NCBI GenBank assembly: GCA_963823555.1
Contig: CAWGMA010000003.1
Span: forward strand, 416,001 to 480,000
Reading direction: 5' to 3'
Source: Candidatus Eiseniibacteriota bacterium
Lineage (GTDB): Bacteria; Eisenbacteria; RBG-16-71-46; CAVPCR01
DNA: 64,000 nt
The notes beneath the pieces were generated by a model. It was not told the DNA's origin. It did not search any database and saw only the letters and a list, made by a program, of their open reading frames with translations. This document shows positions 8,959 through 19,712 of this stretch, one piece after another. The position numbers and the translations under genes were made by a program. Numbering within the stretch: the first letter of the stretch is position 1; each line of letters begins with the position of its first letter.

Positions 8959-9565
8959 ATGAAGCCCCTTTGCCTTACGTTAGCCTTCGCACTCTGCCTC
9001 TGCACATTCCCAACCGCAGTCCCGGGGCAGATTCTCTCTGGCTTTCCCCTGCATGCGATTCAGCTCGGCGCGGGCGAGTGCGACATCACTGACCCCTGCG
9101 CCTTTGGCATCAGCACAACGGTTCTTCCTGGATTCCTCACGGTCATCTACATCTGGACTCGCAACACCGGTCCGATCGCTGGAATCCAAACCGCTTTCGA
9201 TTGGGACCCCGGCACCTGGACCCTCGCCTACAGCGAGTGGGACTGCCAGCAAGGCCAACTCACAACGCATGTTCCTTCGGGACCGGGGCCCGTTGATGGC
9301 ACCATCTCGACCGTGTTCGACTGCGCGACCTACGGTGCTAGCTCGTGGATCATCGGAAAGCTCTACATGATCCCCTCATCTGGCTGCTTGCGACAGGTTC
9401 AATCCGCCCTGGCCTTCGGGACCTGTGTTTGCTTGTCCTGAGGGTGCATGGCCGATCTACCCAGAGGCCTGCGGTACCATTTGCGTCAACGAGCCTGGCA
9501 TGATCGCCTGCTGGCCTGGACGAGGAACCGGCGAGCGTGAGGGCCACGAGGCGCAGTACTGCCAG
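8959..9565 (+). pseudogene. Cassette 10: secreted Cys-rich paralog, frameshifted at ~9428 (3' end approximate)
   Basis: FPLHA..DPC..IQTAFDW..GCL; family homology continues in a second frame (CGTICVNEPGMIAC). Confidence 0.65.
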
Positions 9566-9585
9566 TGGTTTGCGTGCGTAGGGCG

Positions 9586-9745
9586 TCATAACACGCGGCC
9601 TGGCGGCTCCGCTCGCTGCGCTCGCTCCGCTGCAACCCGGCGCTTTCCGTCACGGCGCTTGCCGTGACGGGCTGCGCTGGAGTACCCCTTGCTGCGGCAA
9701 GCGCCGCGCCGGGCGCCGGGTTCGCCAGCCGCGGAGACGTCATAC
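9586..9745 (+). repeat. attC-like site 10 (GTC core)
   Basis: tcataac...GTCATAC. Confidence 0.88.
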
Positions 9746-9773
9746 GCCCTTGGCCGTGGGTCGTAGGAGAAAG

Positions 9774-10190
9774 TCACGCTGGGCGATCACCGAGGTACTT
9801 GTCCGCAAACTCCCTCGGGCGCTGGACGCTTATCCCTCGATATCCGCTGACCTTTAAGAGATGCCTGTCGCCACTGATAACGCGCCTCGCTCGGCCGGCC
9901 ACGGCGCAGGCCAGAAACTTGTCGTCGGCCCTGTCTTCGCACACAGGCAGCGGGAGAGCTGGGGCGACAACGATCGTGGCCTTTGAGATGAGCAGGACCA
10001 GTATTGGCGTGACATCAACTCCAGGGAAACGCTGGGCAATCCTCTGCGCCGTGCCCCAGTACTCATCGACAATCTCTGGCGACACAACCACATCCAGCTC
10101 ATCGTCTCTCCACGCCAAGACGATCCGGTACGGTGCGCCACCGAAGAAGATCCCCGAAATCAGCACGTTGGTGTCGACCACGATCCTCAC
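9774..10190 (-). CDS. Cassette 11: PIN-domain (VapC-like) toxin
   Basis: RIVVDTNVLISG..CEDRADDKFLACA..VISGDRHLL. Confidence 0.9.
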   Translation of the reverse strand: MRIVVDTNVLISGIFFGGAPYRIVLAWRDDELDVVVSPEIVDEYWGTAQRIAQRFPGVDVTPILVLLISKATIVVAPALPLPVCEDRADDKFLACAVAGRARRVISGDRHLLKVSGYRGISVQRPREFADKYLGDRPA

Positions 10191-10450
10191 TGCCGGCCTC
10201 GGGTCGCGGCTACCGCTCGCGTGATGTCCGAGCGCTTCACCTTTGCGCGGCGCGCGGCCTTGCGCGTCTCGGCCACCAAGTCATCAAACTCAGCGACCGA
10301 GGGCGGAGCGATGACCTTGAGGATTACGACATCCCCATTGCCGATCACGACGAACTGGGCGCCGGGCTGCAACCCGAGTCGTTTGCGGATATTCTCGGGA
10401 ATGACGACCTGTCCCTTGGCAGACATTTTGGTTGTAGCGAGCGTAGGCAT
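10187..10450 (-). CDS. Cassette 11: AbrB/MazE-family antitoxin
   Basis: TKMSAKGQVVIPENIRKRLGL.PG. Confidence 0.9.
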   Translation of the reverse strand: MPTLATTKMSAKGQVVIPENIRKRLGLQPGAQFVVIGNGDVVILKVIAPPSVAEFDDLVAETRKAARRAKVKRSDITRAVAATRGRQ

Positions 10451-10464
10451 CTGGTTCCTCCCCT

Positions 10465-10488
10465 GGTAGTCTTACCAGTAAGACTACC
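10465..10488. promoter_or_regulatory. Operator palindrome upstream of the AbrB-PIN operon
   Basis: Perfect 11-bp inverted repeat GGTAGTCTTAC-ca-GTAAGACTACC. Confidence 0.7.
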
Positions 10489-10584
10489 CCAAGCACCGAG
10501 GCCCCGCAAGGGGCGGTTTTCTGTGACCGGAGTGCGGGTGCCCGTGAGCAAAGGAACCCGATGTGCTACGGGTTGGCCAAGGGC

Positions 10585-10598
10585 GCATAACGCGCGGC
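10585..10598 (+). repeat. Left stub of attC-like site 11 (interrupted by IS21)
   Basis: gcataacgcgcggc followed directly by IS terminus TGTCAAC. Confidence 0.85.
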
Positions 10599-10712
10599 TG
10601 TCAACGAACATTGAAAACTGGTCCAAGGTGAACGGCGAAAAGTGGACCACCCCTGCTGAGGATCCGGGCTGATCACGGTAAGTTCTGACCTCCTTTCTGG
10701 TTCCGAGTCTGC

Positions 10713-11168
10713 TCAGGCCGGGGCGAGAGCAGGGGCCTGGGTCGTGGCCAGGGTGCGTTCCCGCAGCCGGTAGCTGTGTCCCTTGATCGATAACACATGG
10801 CTGTGATGGAGTCGCCGATCGAGGATGGCGGTGGCGATGGCGTGATCGCCGAAGACCTCTGGCCACTCGGTCACGGACTTGTTCGAGGTGAGGATCACAC
10901 TCGAGCGTTCGTAGCGGTAGGCGACGACCTGGAAGAGGTAGTTGGCTTCGGCACGCGAGAGCGGTAGGTACCCGACCTCATCGAGCACCTTGATCCGCCG
11001 CTCCTCCCGCGCCGCGATCTCTTCTTCGAGCAGCTGGTCGAGGAAAGCCGCATACCCGAGCTCGCTGTCTTCAGCACTCTTGAGCGCCTCAGGCAGGGTG
11101 TCCTTGACGCGCCACAGCCCGAGTCGATCGAGTTGCGTGACCAGGCGATCGTAGGTGGGCTGGCTCAT
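10713..11168 (-). pseudogene. istB: IstB ATPase with in-frame internal deletion (no Walker A)
   Basis: FLDQLLEEE..RRIK joined directly to VLDEVGYLP; TSN, ATAILDR..HH, G.SYRLR. Confidence 0.85.
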
Positions 11169-12276
11169 CGCACACCTCCGAGGACGGAGACATACTCCGC
11201 GATCGGGCGCTGCTCGACCTCGGCCGCGGCCCAGGGCACCACCGAGAGCAGGTGGACGCGACGGGTGACCGGTCGGCGTTTCGCTGCCCGTTCCTGCAGC
11301 CGTTCGAACCGGGGGCGTCGCAGGGCAGCCACATGCTCCTCGATGATCGAGCGCTCACCCTTGGCCACCTGGCGGTGTTCGGCTACACGCTCGGCTTGCG
11401 AGAAGATCTCGATCGCATCGCCCAGCGGATCGATCTTGACGACCACGCGAGAGCCGACTAGATGATGCGGAACCGAGTAACGTCCGGCATGGAAGCTCAC
11501 GGTGCAATCGCTCAGCACCCGTCGGGTCTCCGGCAACCGTGGATCAAAGCTGATCTCCGGCAGCGCCAGAAGTTCCGGTCGCTCCCGTTCCAGACGCGCC
11601 CAGGGCACTTCGCCCGTGGTGCCGTGAACGCGTCCGTTGCGGGCCCGATCGAGCGCGGTCACGGCATCTTGCAGTGCGTACAGGCCCGGGTACTGCTCTT
11701 CGAGCAGGCCGGCATCCTCGATATCCCGGTAGCTCCGTTCGGTCTTCCCCTTCCGTTCGGGGTGATACGGCCAGGCCGGGTCCGGCTCGCAGCCATAGTG
11801 TCGACAGACGTCCAGGAAGAAGGGCTGGAGCTCGAGCTGCGGGCGCGGCCGCAAGACCGCCGCCTTCGTGTTGTCGAACAACACTCGCGCCGGCACACCC
11901 CCGGCTGCGATGAACGCCCAGCGCAACGCCGCCAGGAGGGCGGGCAGATTGATGCTGCGCACGACGAGTGTCCACTGTGCCCGCGACCACCCGAGCAGAA
12001 AGCGGAAGAAGTGCACGCTGGTCTCGGGCTCGGCGCGGAGCAGACCACGTGCCGGTCCTTTCCAGTCGAACTGGCCTTCGAGTCCGGGCGCGGTCTCGAA
12101 CCGCACGCAGGCGCGCCGACGAGCGCGCTCCAGGCGCCGCCGCTCGCGCACCCAACACTTCACCCGTTCGTAATGCCCCTGGTAGCCCTCGCGCACAATC
12201 AGCGCATGGAGCACCGTCGCCGGTGCCGCCGGCCGTGCCGCCAGCAACTCTTCGAGACGACCTACGAACGGTTCGA
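11165..12276 (-). pseudogene. istA: IstA DDE transposase, 5'-truncated
   Basis: RFETAPGLEGQFDW, FDNTK, ERKGKTE, RVHGTT, YSVP; begins at LEPF, lacking the N-terminal HTH. Confidence 0.85.
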
Positions 12277-12316
12277 GCGCCGGCCGCCGGGTTCGCCAGC
12301 CGCGGTATCGTTATGT
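12277..12316 (+). repeat. Right arm of attC-like site 11
   Basis: gcgccggccgccgggttcgccagccgcggtatcGTTATGT. Confidence 0.85.
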
Positions 12317-12467
12317 GCACGGCCTCGGATCGCCTTGGTCTAGCTCTCAGCGTCGCCATGGAGCACCCTCGATGGCGATCTCGCGACGCCCCTTGTCCGG
12401 GCCATCGTGGCCGTCGAACGCACGTCCCCGGCTGGCATGATCGTGGCTGCGGTGCTACTCTCGTCCC

Positions 12468-12737
12468 ATGCCCGAACTGTCGCGGTTCTTTGGGATCATC
12501 GTCCGAATGTTCGCTGAGGCTGGAGAACCACATCACGCGGCTCATTTCCATGCCTACTACCAGGACCATATCGGCGTCTTCGGCATTGACCCCGTCGAGT
12601 TGCTCGCTGGCTCTTTCCCTCGCCGCCAGCAGCGGCTGGTTGAGGCATGGGCGGAGCTCCATCAGCAGGAGCTTCTTCAGGACTGGGAGCGCCTGCAGGC
12701 AGGCCAGCGGCCTTTGCCCATCGATCCACTTCGCTAA
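12468..12737 (+). CDS. Cassette 12: DUF4160 family protein (putative TA component)
   Basis: MPELSRFFGIIVRM..H..AHFHAYY..LVEAWAELHQQEL..W..PIDPL. Confidence 0.88.
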   Translation: MPELSRFFGIIVRMFAEAGEPHHAAHFHAYYQDHIGVFGIDPVELLAGSFPRRQQRLVEAWAELHQQELLQDWERLQAGQRPLPIDPLR

Positions 12738-12746
12738 CGAGGCCAT

Positions 12747-13043
12747 ATGAAGCACCCAATCGTCCGCGTCGAGTCCTTCGAGATCGTTGGGCCTTATACC
12801 CTGCGTGTCGCCTTCGACGATGGTTCTGCACAGGTCATTGATTTCCGCCCGGTCCTCTTCGGCGAGCTATTTGGACCGCTTCAGGACCTCACGCTGTTCA
12901 ATCGTGTTGGCATCGACCCCGAGGTTAGAACCCTCGTTTGGCCCAACGGCGCCGACTTCGACCCTGCTACACTTCACGGATGGCCGCAGCACGCTCGCGC
13001 CATGGAGCAACTGGCTCGTCGCTGGGAGCGCGGCGCTGCTTGA
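12747..13043 (+). CDS. Cassette 12: DUF2442 family protein (putative TA component)
   Basis: YTLRVAFDDG..FGPL.D..LF..TLVWPNGADFDP. Confidence 0.88.
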   Translation: MKHPIVRVESFEIVGPYTLRVAFDDGSAQVIDFRPVLFGELFGPLQDLTLFNRVGIDPEVRTLVWPNGADFDPATLHGWPQHARAMEQLARRWERGAA

Positions 13044-14059
<1,016 letters not shown>

Positions 14060-14117
14060 CCATCGCAGGCTGAGGCCTTCTCGTCCTGGGCTTCATCGCA
14101 GTTTCCCTTCGCTCCTC

Positions 14118-14277
14118 GCATAACACGCGGCCTGGCGGCTCCGCTCGCTGCGCTCGCTTCGCTGCAACCCGGCGCTCTCCGTCACGGCGCTTGCCGTGAC
14201 GGGCCGCGCTGGAGGCCCCCTTGCTGCGGCAAGCGCCGCGCCGGCCGCTGGGTTCTCCAGCCGCGGAAACGTTATGC
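14118..14277 (+). repeat. attC-like site 13
   Basis: gcataac...GTTATGC. Confidence 0.92.
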
Positions 14278-14311
14278 GCGCAGCAAGGACGCAGTCCGGA
14301 GGTGCATCCCA

Positions 14312-15691
14312 ATGAAAGCAGCGATCCCCCTCGTGGCTCTTGCCCTGCTCGTGGGTGCCAACCCCCTGAGCGCGGCGACCCTCGTCGTCCCTGACCAGTA
14401 CGCATCGATCGGTGCCGCCATCCTCGCGGCCACCAATGGCGACACAGTCTTCGTCCGTGCTGGGACCTATGTCGAGAATCTGAACTTCATGGGCAAGGGC
14501 ATCTCCCTGGTCAGCGAGGACGGACCGGTGGCCACCATCATTGATGGATCGAACCCATCGCACCCCGACTCGGGGAGCGTGCTCTTCATTCCGCCCGCGC
14601 CGACGCCAATCCTCGTGAGAGGTTTCACCATCACTGGGGGCAGCGGAACGCTCGATCAGAACATGTTCTCCAGAAGAGCCGGTGGCATCTATCTCCTGAC
14701 GGCTGGGGCTATCAAGGACAGCTGGATCACCGAGAATCACGCCGCTAGCATCACTGGAGTTGCGGGCGGGATCGAAGTGGCCGCCCAAGGCGTGACACTC
14801 CAGGGGAACCGCATCTACTCGAACACCGCGGGCTTGTCGTCCAGCGGTTCACGAGGCGGCGGGATCCTCATCAACGGATCCGACACAATCATCGAAGACA
14901 ATGTGGTGTTTGCCAATCAGGCTCTGGGGGAGCCAGGCACGGGTGGTGGTTGCTACGCGGACGGTATCACCACATTCCTTCATAACGTCTTTGCGTGCAA
15001 CCGAGGGTCGAACCGCGGAACTGCCATCAACGGCGCGTATCTCATCGAGAACTGCACGATTGTCGGAAACAGCGGCCTCCATCCCGCTTTCGATTCGGCG
15101 CTCGGCCGAGTCCAGACGGTCCGTCGTTCGAGCATCACCAGCAACGTGGGCCCGGGGATCGATGCTTGCAACCATCTCACGACTCCCTGCAACAACTTCT
15201 TCGATAACATTGGCGACGATCCAGCCTGCTATGACGCTGGCAACGGGAACATATCGGTCGAGCCTCTCTATGAGGAAACCCAGTGCGGCAGCACGTTCTG
15301 CCTCTTGCCGGAGTCACCTCTCCTGCCTGAGAACTCGCCACCTGGGTGCGGGCTCATCGGGGCGAGCGAGCAGTGCGTGTCAACGGCAATCGACGCGCCG
15401 ACAAGTCCCGATTACGCCTCTGGGCCGCTGGTTGCGCGACCGAATCCGTTCAACCCCGCGACTACCATTGCGTTCGTGCTCCCGGGTCGGCGCAGCCTCA
15501 CACTCGCCGTGTATGACACGTCCGGGCGTGCGGTGCGGATTCTCTTTGACGGTACCCTGCCGTCCGGGCCGCACGAGATCGTCTGGGACGGCCGTGACTC
15601 TCGCGGCACCTTGGTCGAGTCCGGGGCGTACATCGCAGTGCTGCAATCACCGGAGGCACGCTGGAGCCAGAAGCTGCTTCTCGTGAAATGA
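14312..15691 (+). CDS. Cassette 14: secreted beta-helix protein with C-terminal FlgD/T9SS-like Ig domain
   Basis: Signal peptide; VPDQYASIGAAI..GDTVFVRAGTYVEN; PNPFNPATTI..YDTSGR..WDGRD..SGAY. Confidence 0.88.
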   Translation: MKAAIPLVALALLVGANPLSAATLVVPDQYASIGAAILAATNGDTVFVRAGTYVENLNFMGKGISLVSEDGPVATIIDGSNPSHPDSGSVLFIPPAPTPILVRGFTITGGSGTLDQNMFSRRAGGIYLLTAGAIKDSWITENHAASITGVAGGIEVAAQGVTLQGNRIYSNTAGLSSSGSRGGGILINGSDTIIEDNVVFANQALGEPGTGGGCYADGITTFLHNVFACNRGSNRGTAINGAYLIENCTIVGNSGLHPAFDSALGRVQTVRRSSITSNVGPGIDACNHLTTPCNNFFDNIGDDPACYDAGNGNISVEPLYEETQCGSTFCLLPESPLLPENSPPGCGLIGASEQCVSTAIDAPTSPDYASGPLVARPNPFNPATTIAFVLPGRRSLTLAVYDTSGRAVRILFDGTLPSGPHEIVWDGRDSRGTLVESGAYIAVLQSPEARWSQKLLLVK

Positions 15692-15725
15692 GGGCGAGTG
15701 TCCAGTAGCCTATCTATGGCGGCGC

Positions 15726-15884
15726 GCACAACCCGCGTCCTGGTGGCTCCGCTCGCTGCGCTCGCTGCGTCCAACCCGGCGCTCTCCGTCACGGCGCTTG
15801 CCGTGACGGGCCGCGCTGGAGTCCTCCTTGCTGCGGCAAGCGCCGCGCCGGGCGCCGGGTTCGCCAGCCGCGGTATCGTTAAGC
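15726..15884 (+). repeat. attC-like site 14
   Basis: gcacaac...GTTAAGC. Confidence 0.9.
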
Positions 15885-16069
15885 GCACCTCGCTCCCGGG
15901 GTCACGCGTGCAGGAGGGGTCCGAGCCCCCTTTCACTGACAGCTTGGTGGAGGGGACCCGTTTGCGTACACTGGAGTCGGGCTCGGAGACGCCCGAGCCC
16001 CCTATGGCGGGCGAGCGGTTGGAACTGATGGCTGCCACTCCTGGCACCGGTGGGCCGCGGAGGTAGAAG

Positions 16070-16327
16070 CTGCGACGGCGAGAGTGGCCCCTCTGGTGTG
16101 CCTGGGAACTCGAACTGAGCCCGCACCTGGTCAAGCGCATGATTGATCGCCGGTTCTCCGAGATCGATCTCAGGACGATGCTTGAGCGCGCATCAGGCTA
16201 TGAGAGAGACGTGGTTGTCGGGCGGTGGGTCATCGAAACGCGGTTACGGAGACGGCGATGGCAAGTCATCGTCGAGCCTGATATTGCTACGGAGAGGCTC
16301 GTTGTCGTCACGGCCTATCCACTCTGA
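16070..16327 (+). CDS. Cassette 15: DUF4258-like putative toxin (probable CTG start)
   Basis: Open frame WP.W..WELELSPHL.KRM.DR.F..W.VIVEPD..LVVVTAYP; GGAGGT 5 nt before CTG at 16070. Confidence 0.7.
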   Translation: MRRREWPLWCAWELELSPHLVKRMIDRRFSEIDLRTMLERASGYERDVVVGRWVIETRLRRRRWQVIVEPDIATERLVVVTAYPL

Positions 16328-16338
16328 GAAAGAGCGCA

Positions 16339-16608
16339 ATGCATGAGCCATACTTGGAAGTGACCTTTCGTCACGGTCGCCCGCTGGCGGCCTATCTGTA
16401 CCTGCCACGACGACCGGGGCAACGCAGCTTTCGAAGTCGACCTGTGGACCCCGGCATGGTTATCGACTTCAGCCGCGGTGGTCACCCCATCGGCATCGAG
16501 ATAACCGCACCAGATAGAGTCTCGCTTGCGGCAATCAACCGCGTCCTCCGTTCCCTTGGCTGCGCCCCCGTCAAGAAGGCCGATCTTGCGCCGCTGCGCG
16601 CTGCCTAG
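16339..16608 (+). CDS. Cassette 15: DUF2283-like putative antitoxin
   Basis: AAYLYL...G.VIDF...G.PIGIEI pattern. Confidence 0.72.
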   Translation: MHEPYLEVTFRHGRPLAAYLYLPRRPGQRSFRSRPVDPGMVIDFSRGGHPIGIEITAPDRVSLAAINRVLRSLGCAPVKKADLAPLRAA

Positions 16609-16692
16609 GCAGGTGTCACACCGAGTCCGGTCCGGCAAGCGAATACGACGACGGTGACAGCCAACCTCGAATATGGCCGCCATGCGAGGTGC

Positions 16693-16859
16693 GCTTAACG
16701 CGCGGCTAGGCGGCTCCGCTCGCTCGCTGCGCTCGCATCGCTTCGCCCAACCCGGTCGTCCGTCACGGCGCTTGCGGTCGGGGGCGGGGTTGAGGTTCGA
16801 TCTTGCTGCGGCAAGCGCCGTGCCGGGCGCCGGGTTCGCCAGCCGCGGTATCGTCATAC
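16693..16859 (+). repeat. attC-like site 15 (terminal; GTC core)
   Basis: gcttaac...GTCATAC; no further copy found downstream. Confidence 0.9.
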
Positions 16860-16917
16860 GCGCGGCCGCAGCACTTGGGGTGTGGCAAGCTTCGCTCACC
16901 GGAAGGTGGTGGATGCC

Positions 16918-18369
16918 ATGCGTGTATTGTTCCCGCTCCTTCTCCTCGCTGTTTGGCTCCCTGGATCGGCGACGGCGGCGATCATCCGCGTCCCCGCCGA
17001 CCATCCCACCATCCAGGCCGCGATCGACGCCGCGGTCACCGGCGACGAGGTGCTCGTGGCGCCGGGCACCTACACCGGCCCCGGGAACAAGAACCTCCGC
17101 ATCGAGCTCAAGGACATCGCGGTGCGCTCTGAAGGCGGGCCGGAGATGACCATCATCGATTGCGAGGGGAGCGGCCGGGGGTTCACCATCGCGGGCGTCT
17201 ATCCGCCCCTGGGGATCGTCGAGGGCTTCACCGTCCAGAACGGCGATGGCGATGGCGGCGATCTGACCGGCGGCGGCGCACTCTTCATCGCCGGCGGATC
17301 GCCGACGATCCGGAGCTGTGTCTTCCGGTACAACACGGGAGGGGGGCCGCCCAACTCCCCCCAGGTTGGCGGCGGTGGTGGTGCGGTCTGCTACGGATCC
17401 TTCTCCCTCTTCGAGGACTGCACCTTCGAGGCCAACGCCGCACCCTATGGCGGGGCCCTGGCGCTGCATGGGTCGGGACTGGTGATCCGGGACTGCCGGT
17501 TCGTGGGTAACACGGCGGCCTGGGATGGAGGTGGAATCACGACGGAGTACGACGTGAACCTCCCCAAGACCTGGATCGAGGGTTGCGACTTCATCGAGAA
17601 TCTGGCGCGGGATGGGGGCGGGGCCACCCTCACCCGATGCCGGGTGGAAGACTGCAGCTTTGTGCGAAACATCGCGCGGGCCGGAAGTGGGGCGGGGCTT
17701 TCGGCTTACGCATCCTCAGTGGTCGGATGCAGGTTCGAGGAGAATACGTCGCAGGGAAGGGGTGGCGGTGTCGTCATCCATCGTACTCAGCTCATCGGCT
17801 GCACCATCTCCGGCAACCGGGCCGAGCAAGGCGGTGGCGTTGGGATCGGCGGCGAATCGACCGTCGAGAACTGCACGATCACCGATAACGTGGCCGAGGA
17901 GCTGGGCGGTGGACTCCACTCCTCCGCCAGGGGGGAGACCGTGATCAAGTTATGCACGTTCGCCCGCAACTCGGCACCGCTCGGCAGCGGACTCGCCTTC
18001 GAGTTTGCGACCGCGAACATCATCGAAACGTCAATCGTGGCGTTCGGCCTTGGCGCTGCCATCGAGTGCATCGGTTCCCCCATGAGCCTGAGCTGCACCG
18101 ACATCTACGGGAACGAAGGCGGCGACTGGGTGGGATGCATCGCCGAGTTCGCCAGCATCAACGGTAACCTCGAGGCCGATCCGCGCTTCTGCGATCCGGA
18201 GGCTGACAACTGGCTCCTGTGCGAGGATTCGCCGTGCGCGCCCGGGGAGACCGGCGACTGTGGCCTCATCGGTGCATTCGGCGTGGGCTGCTCCTGTCCG
18301 AACGCGGTCGAACCCGCGACCTGGGGCCGGATCAAGGCACAGGGTCGGAACGGGGCGCCAAACCCGTAA
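16918..18369 (+). CDS. Secreted beta-helix (GGG-repeat) protein with C-terminal TWGRIK tail
   Basis: VPADHPTIQAAID..GDEVLVAPGTY; DPRFCD..SPC.PG..CGLIGAFG; ends AVEPATWGRIKA. Confidence 0.87.
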   Translation: MRVLFPLLLLAVWLPGSATAAIIRVPADHPTIQAAIDAAVTGDEVLVAPGTYTGPGNKNLRIELKDIAVRSEGGPEMTIIDCEGSGRGFTIAGVYPPLGIVEGFTVQNGDGDGGDLTGGGALFIAGGSPTIRSCVFRYNTGGGPPNSPQVGGGGGAVCYGSFSLFEDCTFEANAAPYGGALALHGSGLVIRDCRFVGNTAAWDGGGITTEYDVNLPKTWIEGCDFIENLARDGGGATLTRCRVEDCSFVRNIARAGSGAGLSAYASSVVGCRFEENTSQGRGGGVVIHRTQLIGCTISGNRAEQGGGVGIGGESTVENCTITDNVAEELGGGLHSSARGETVIKLCTFARNSAPLGSGLAFEFATANIIETSIVAFGLGAAIECIGSPMSLSCTDIYGNEGGDWVGCIAEFASINGNLEADPRFCDPEADNWLLCEDSPCAPGETGDCGLIGAFGVGCSCPNAVEPATWGRIKAQGRNGAPNP

Positions 18370-18426
18370 CGGCACTCGCCGGCAGGAGGCCATGCCTCAA
18401 GCCCGCCCATTCCCAGAATCATCGCC

Positions 18427-19065
18427 ATGATCTCGTCCTTCCGATATCGAGTCGCAGCTCTCATCCTTGCCGCTCTCCTCCTCAACGCGGGCGATGGCGC
18501 GGGAGCGGGACCCAACCATCGCACCACCCTCGTCATGCACGCGCAGACCGAGTTCGTTCACTGCGCCCTCGCGGATCCCTGCCTCGCCCCGGCCGGGCCC
18601 AGCGTCACCATCACCGATCCGGGCAGGCTCGTGAACATCTACGTCGTCGCTCGCAACTACGACCATCTCGCCGGCATCCAGTGGGCCTTCGACTGGCATC
18701 CCTCGTGGATCGTCTACGGCGGAGGCTGGACCTGTCCTCCCGGCGCCCTCGGCATTCCCTTCCCGCCGCCATACGGCCCTGGTCCCGTCCAGGGAAGCTG
18801 CACTTCAGCCTTCGACTGCCTCTCCGGCGGTTCCTCGCAGGTCATCGGATCCCTGCAGGCGGTGCCCGGCGAGGGATGTCTGGAGATCATCGAATCCGCG
18901 CTTCCCGATGGCACGCATGCCCTGAGCTGCTCCTATGAGGTGGATCCCATCGCGCCGGCCAACCGCGCTCGGGTCTGCGTCGGCTCCGGTGGCCTGAACA
19001 CCTGCGAGTCAGCCGTTCCGGTCGAGCCGGCGACCTGGGGGACGGTGAAGGCCCTCTATCGCTAG
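18427..19065 (+). CDS. Secreted Cys-rich protein with TWGTVKALYR tail
   Basis: Paralog of cassette 9 (ARNYD..IQWAFDW..CPPG..GIP..PPYGPGP). Confidence 0.82.
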   Translation: MISSFRYRVAALILAALLLNAGDGAGAGPNHRTTLVMHAQTEFVHCALADPCLAPAGPSVTITDPGRLVNIYVVARNYDHLAGIQWAFDWHPSWIVYGGGWTCPPGALGIPFPPPYGPGPVQGSCTSAFDCLSGGSSQVIGSLQAVPGEGCLEIIESALPDGTHALSCSYEVDPIAPANRARVCVGSGGLNTCESAVPVEPATWGTVKALYR

Positions 19066-19083
19066 GCTCTGGTCGGAGTCCAG

Positions 19084-19698
19084 ATGAGGCTCTCCTTCAA
19101 AGCGATGGTTCTCGCCTGGGGCCTGGGCGCATGTCCTGCCGCGGCCGGTCCCAATGCCAACTTCACCCTCCCTCTTCACGCCATGCCTTCCTACTCCTGC
19201 GGTGATCCACTGCCGATCGACTGCCGCGACTCGCGGCCCACGACGACCATCCCCGCCCATGCCGCGAGCACCATCCTCCTCTTCATCGCCAACCACTCCG
19301 AGGTCATGCTCGTTCAGGCTGCCGTCTCATGGGACCGCTCGTGGACGCTCTGCTGCGTCGACTTCGAATGCCAGCCGTCCCAGGGGCACGCCCTCGTGCT
19401 CGATGACATCACGCTCTCCTTTGCGACGATCGTCCCCTGCCTCACCGGCCCGAGCCTCACCATCCTCGGCACCCTTTCCTACGAGACGGCCGAGGCGGGG
19501 TGTCTGCGCTTTGTCGAGCCCTCGTACTCCGGCGGCATCTATGCGGAGGACTGCGCTCTGCACGATGACAGGATCTCCGACCTCGAGTCCCCGCGGCTCG
19601 GGCGGATCTGCGTCGGGCAGGCAGGGCATGACGCATGCGATCCGCTGACGCCCGTAACGCTCACGACCTGGGGCGCGATCAAGGAATCCTATCGGTGA
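19084..19698 (+). CDS. Secreted Cys-rich protein with TWGAIKESYR tail
   Basis: AGPNA..LPLHA..GCL..RICVG..G.DAC. Confidence 0.8.
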   Translation: MRLSFKAMVLAWGLGACPAAAGPNANFTLPLHAMPSYSCGDPLPIDCRDSRPTTTIPAHAASTILLFIANHSEVMLVQAAVSWDRSWTLCCVDFECQPSQGHALVLDDITLSFATIVPCLTGPSLTILGTLSYETAEAGCLRFVEPSYSGGIYAEDCALHDDRISDLESPRLGRICVGQAGHDACDPLTPVTLTTWGAIKESYR

Positions 19699-19712
19699 TT
19701 CGGCTGAGCCAG

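Larger units (their letters stand above)
10599..12276 (-). mobile_element. Decayed IS21-family insertion sequence inside attC11; istA-proximal end deleted
   Basis: Terminus TGTCAAC with tandem gaac....aaaa.tgg.cca motifs; istA and istB remnants; no second terminus. Confidence 0.88.

Noticed and set aside
18364..18400. Possible attC remnant at the stop of 16918-18369 (ccgTAAC)
   Set aside because: No repeat body follows and there is no complementarity to the sequence after attC15
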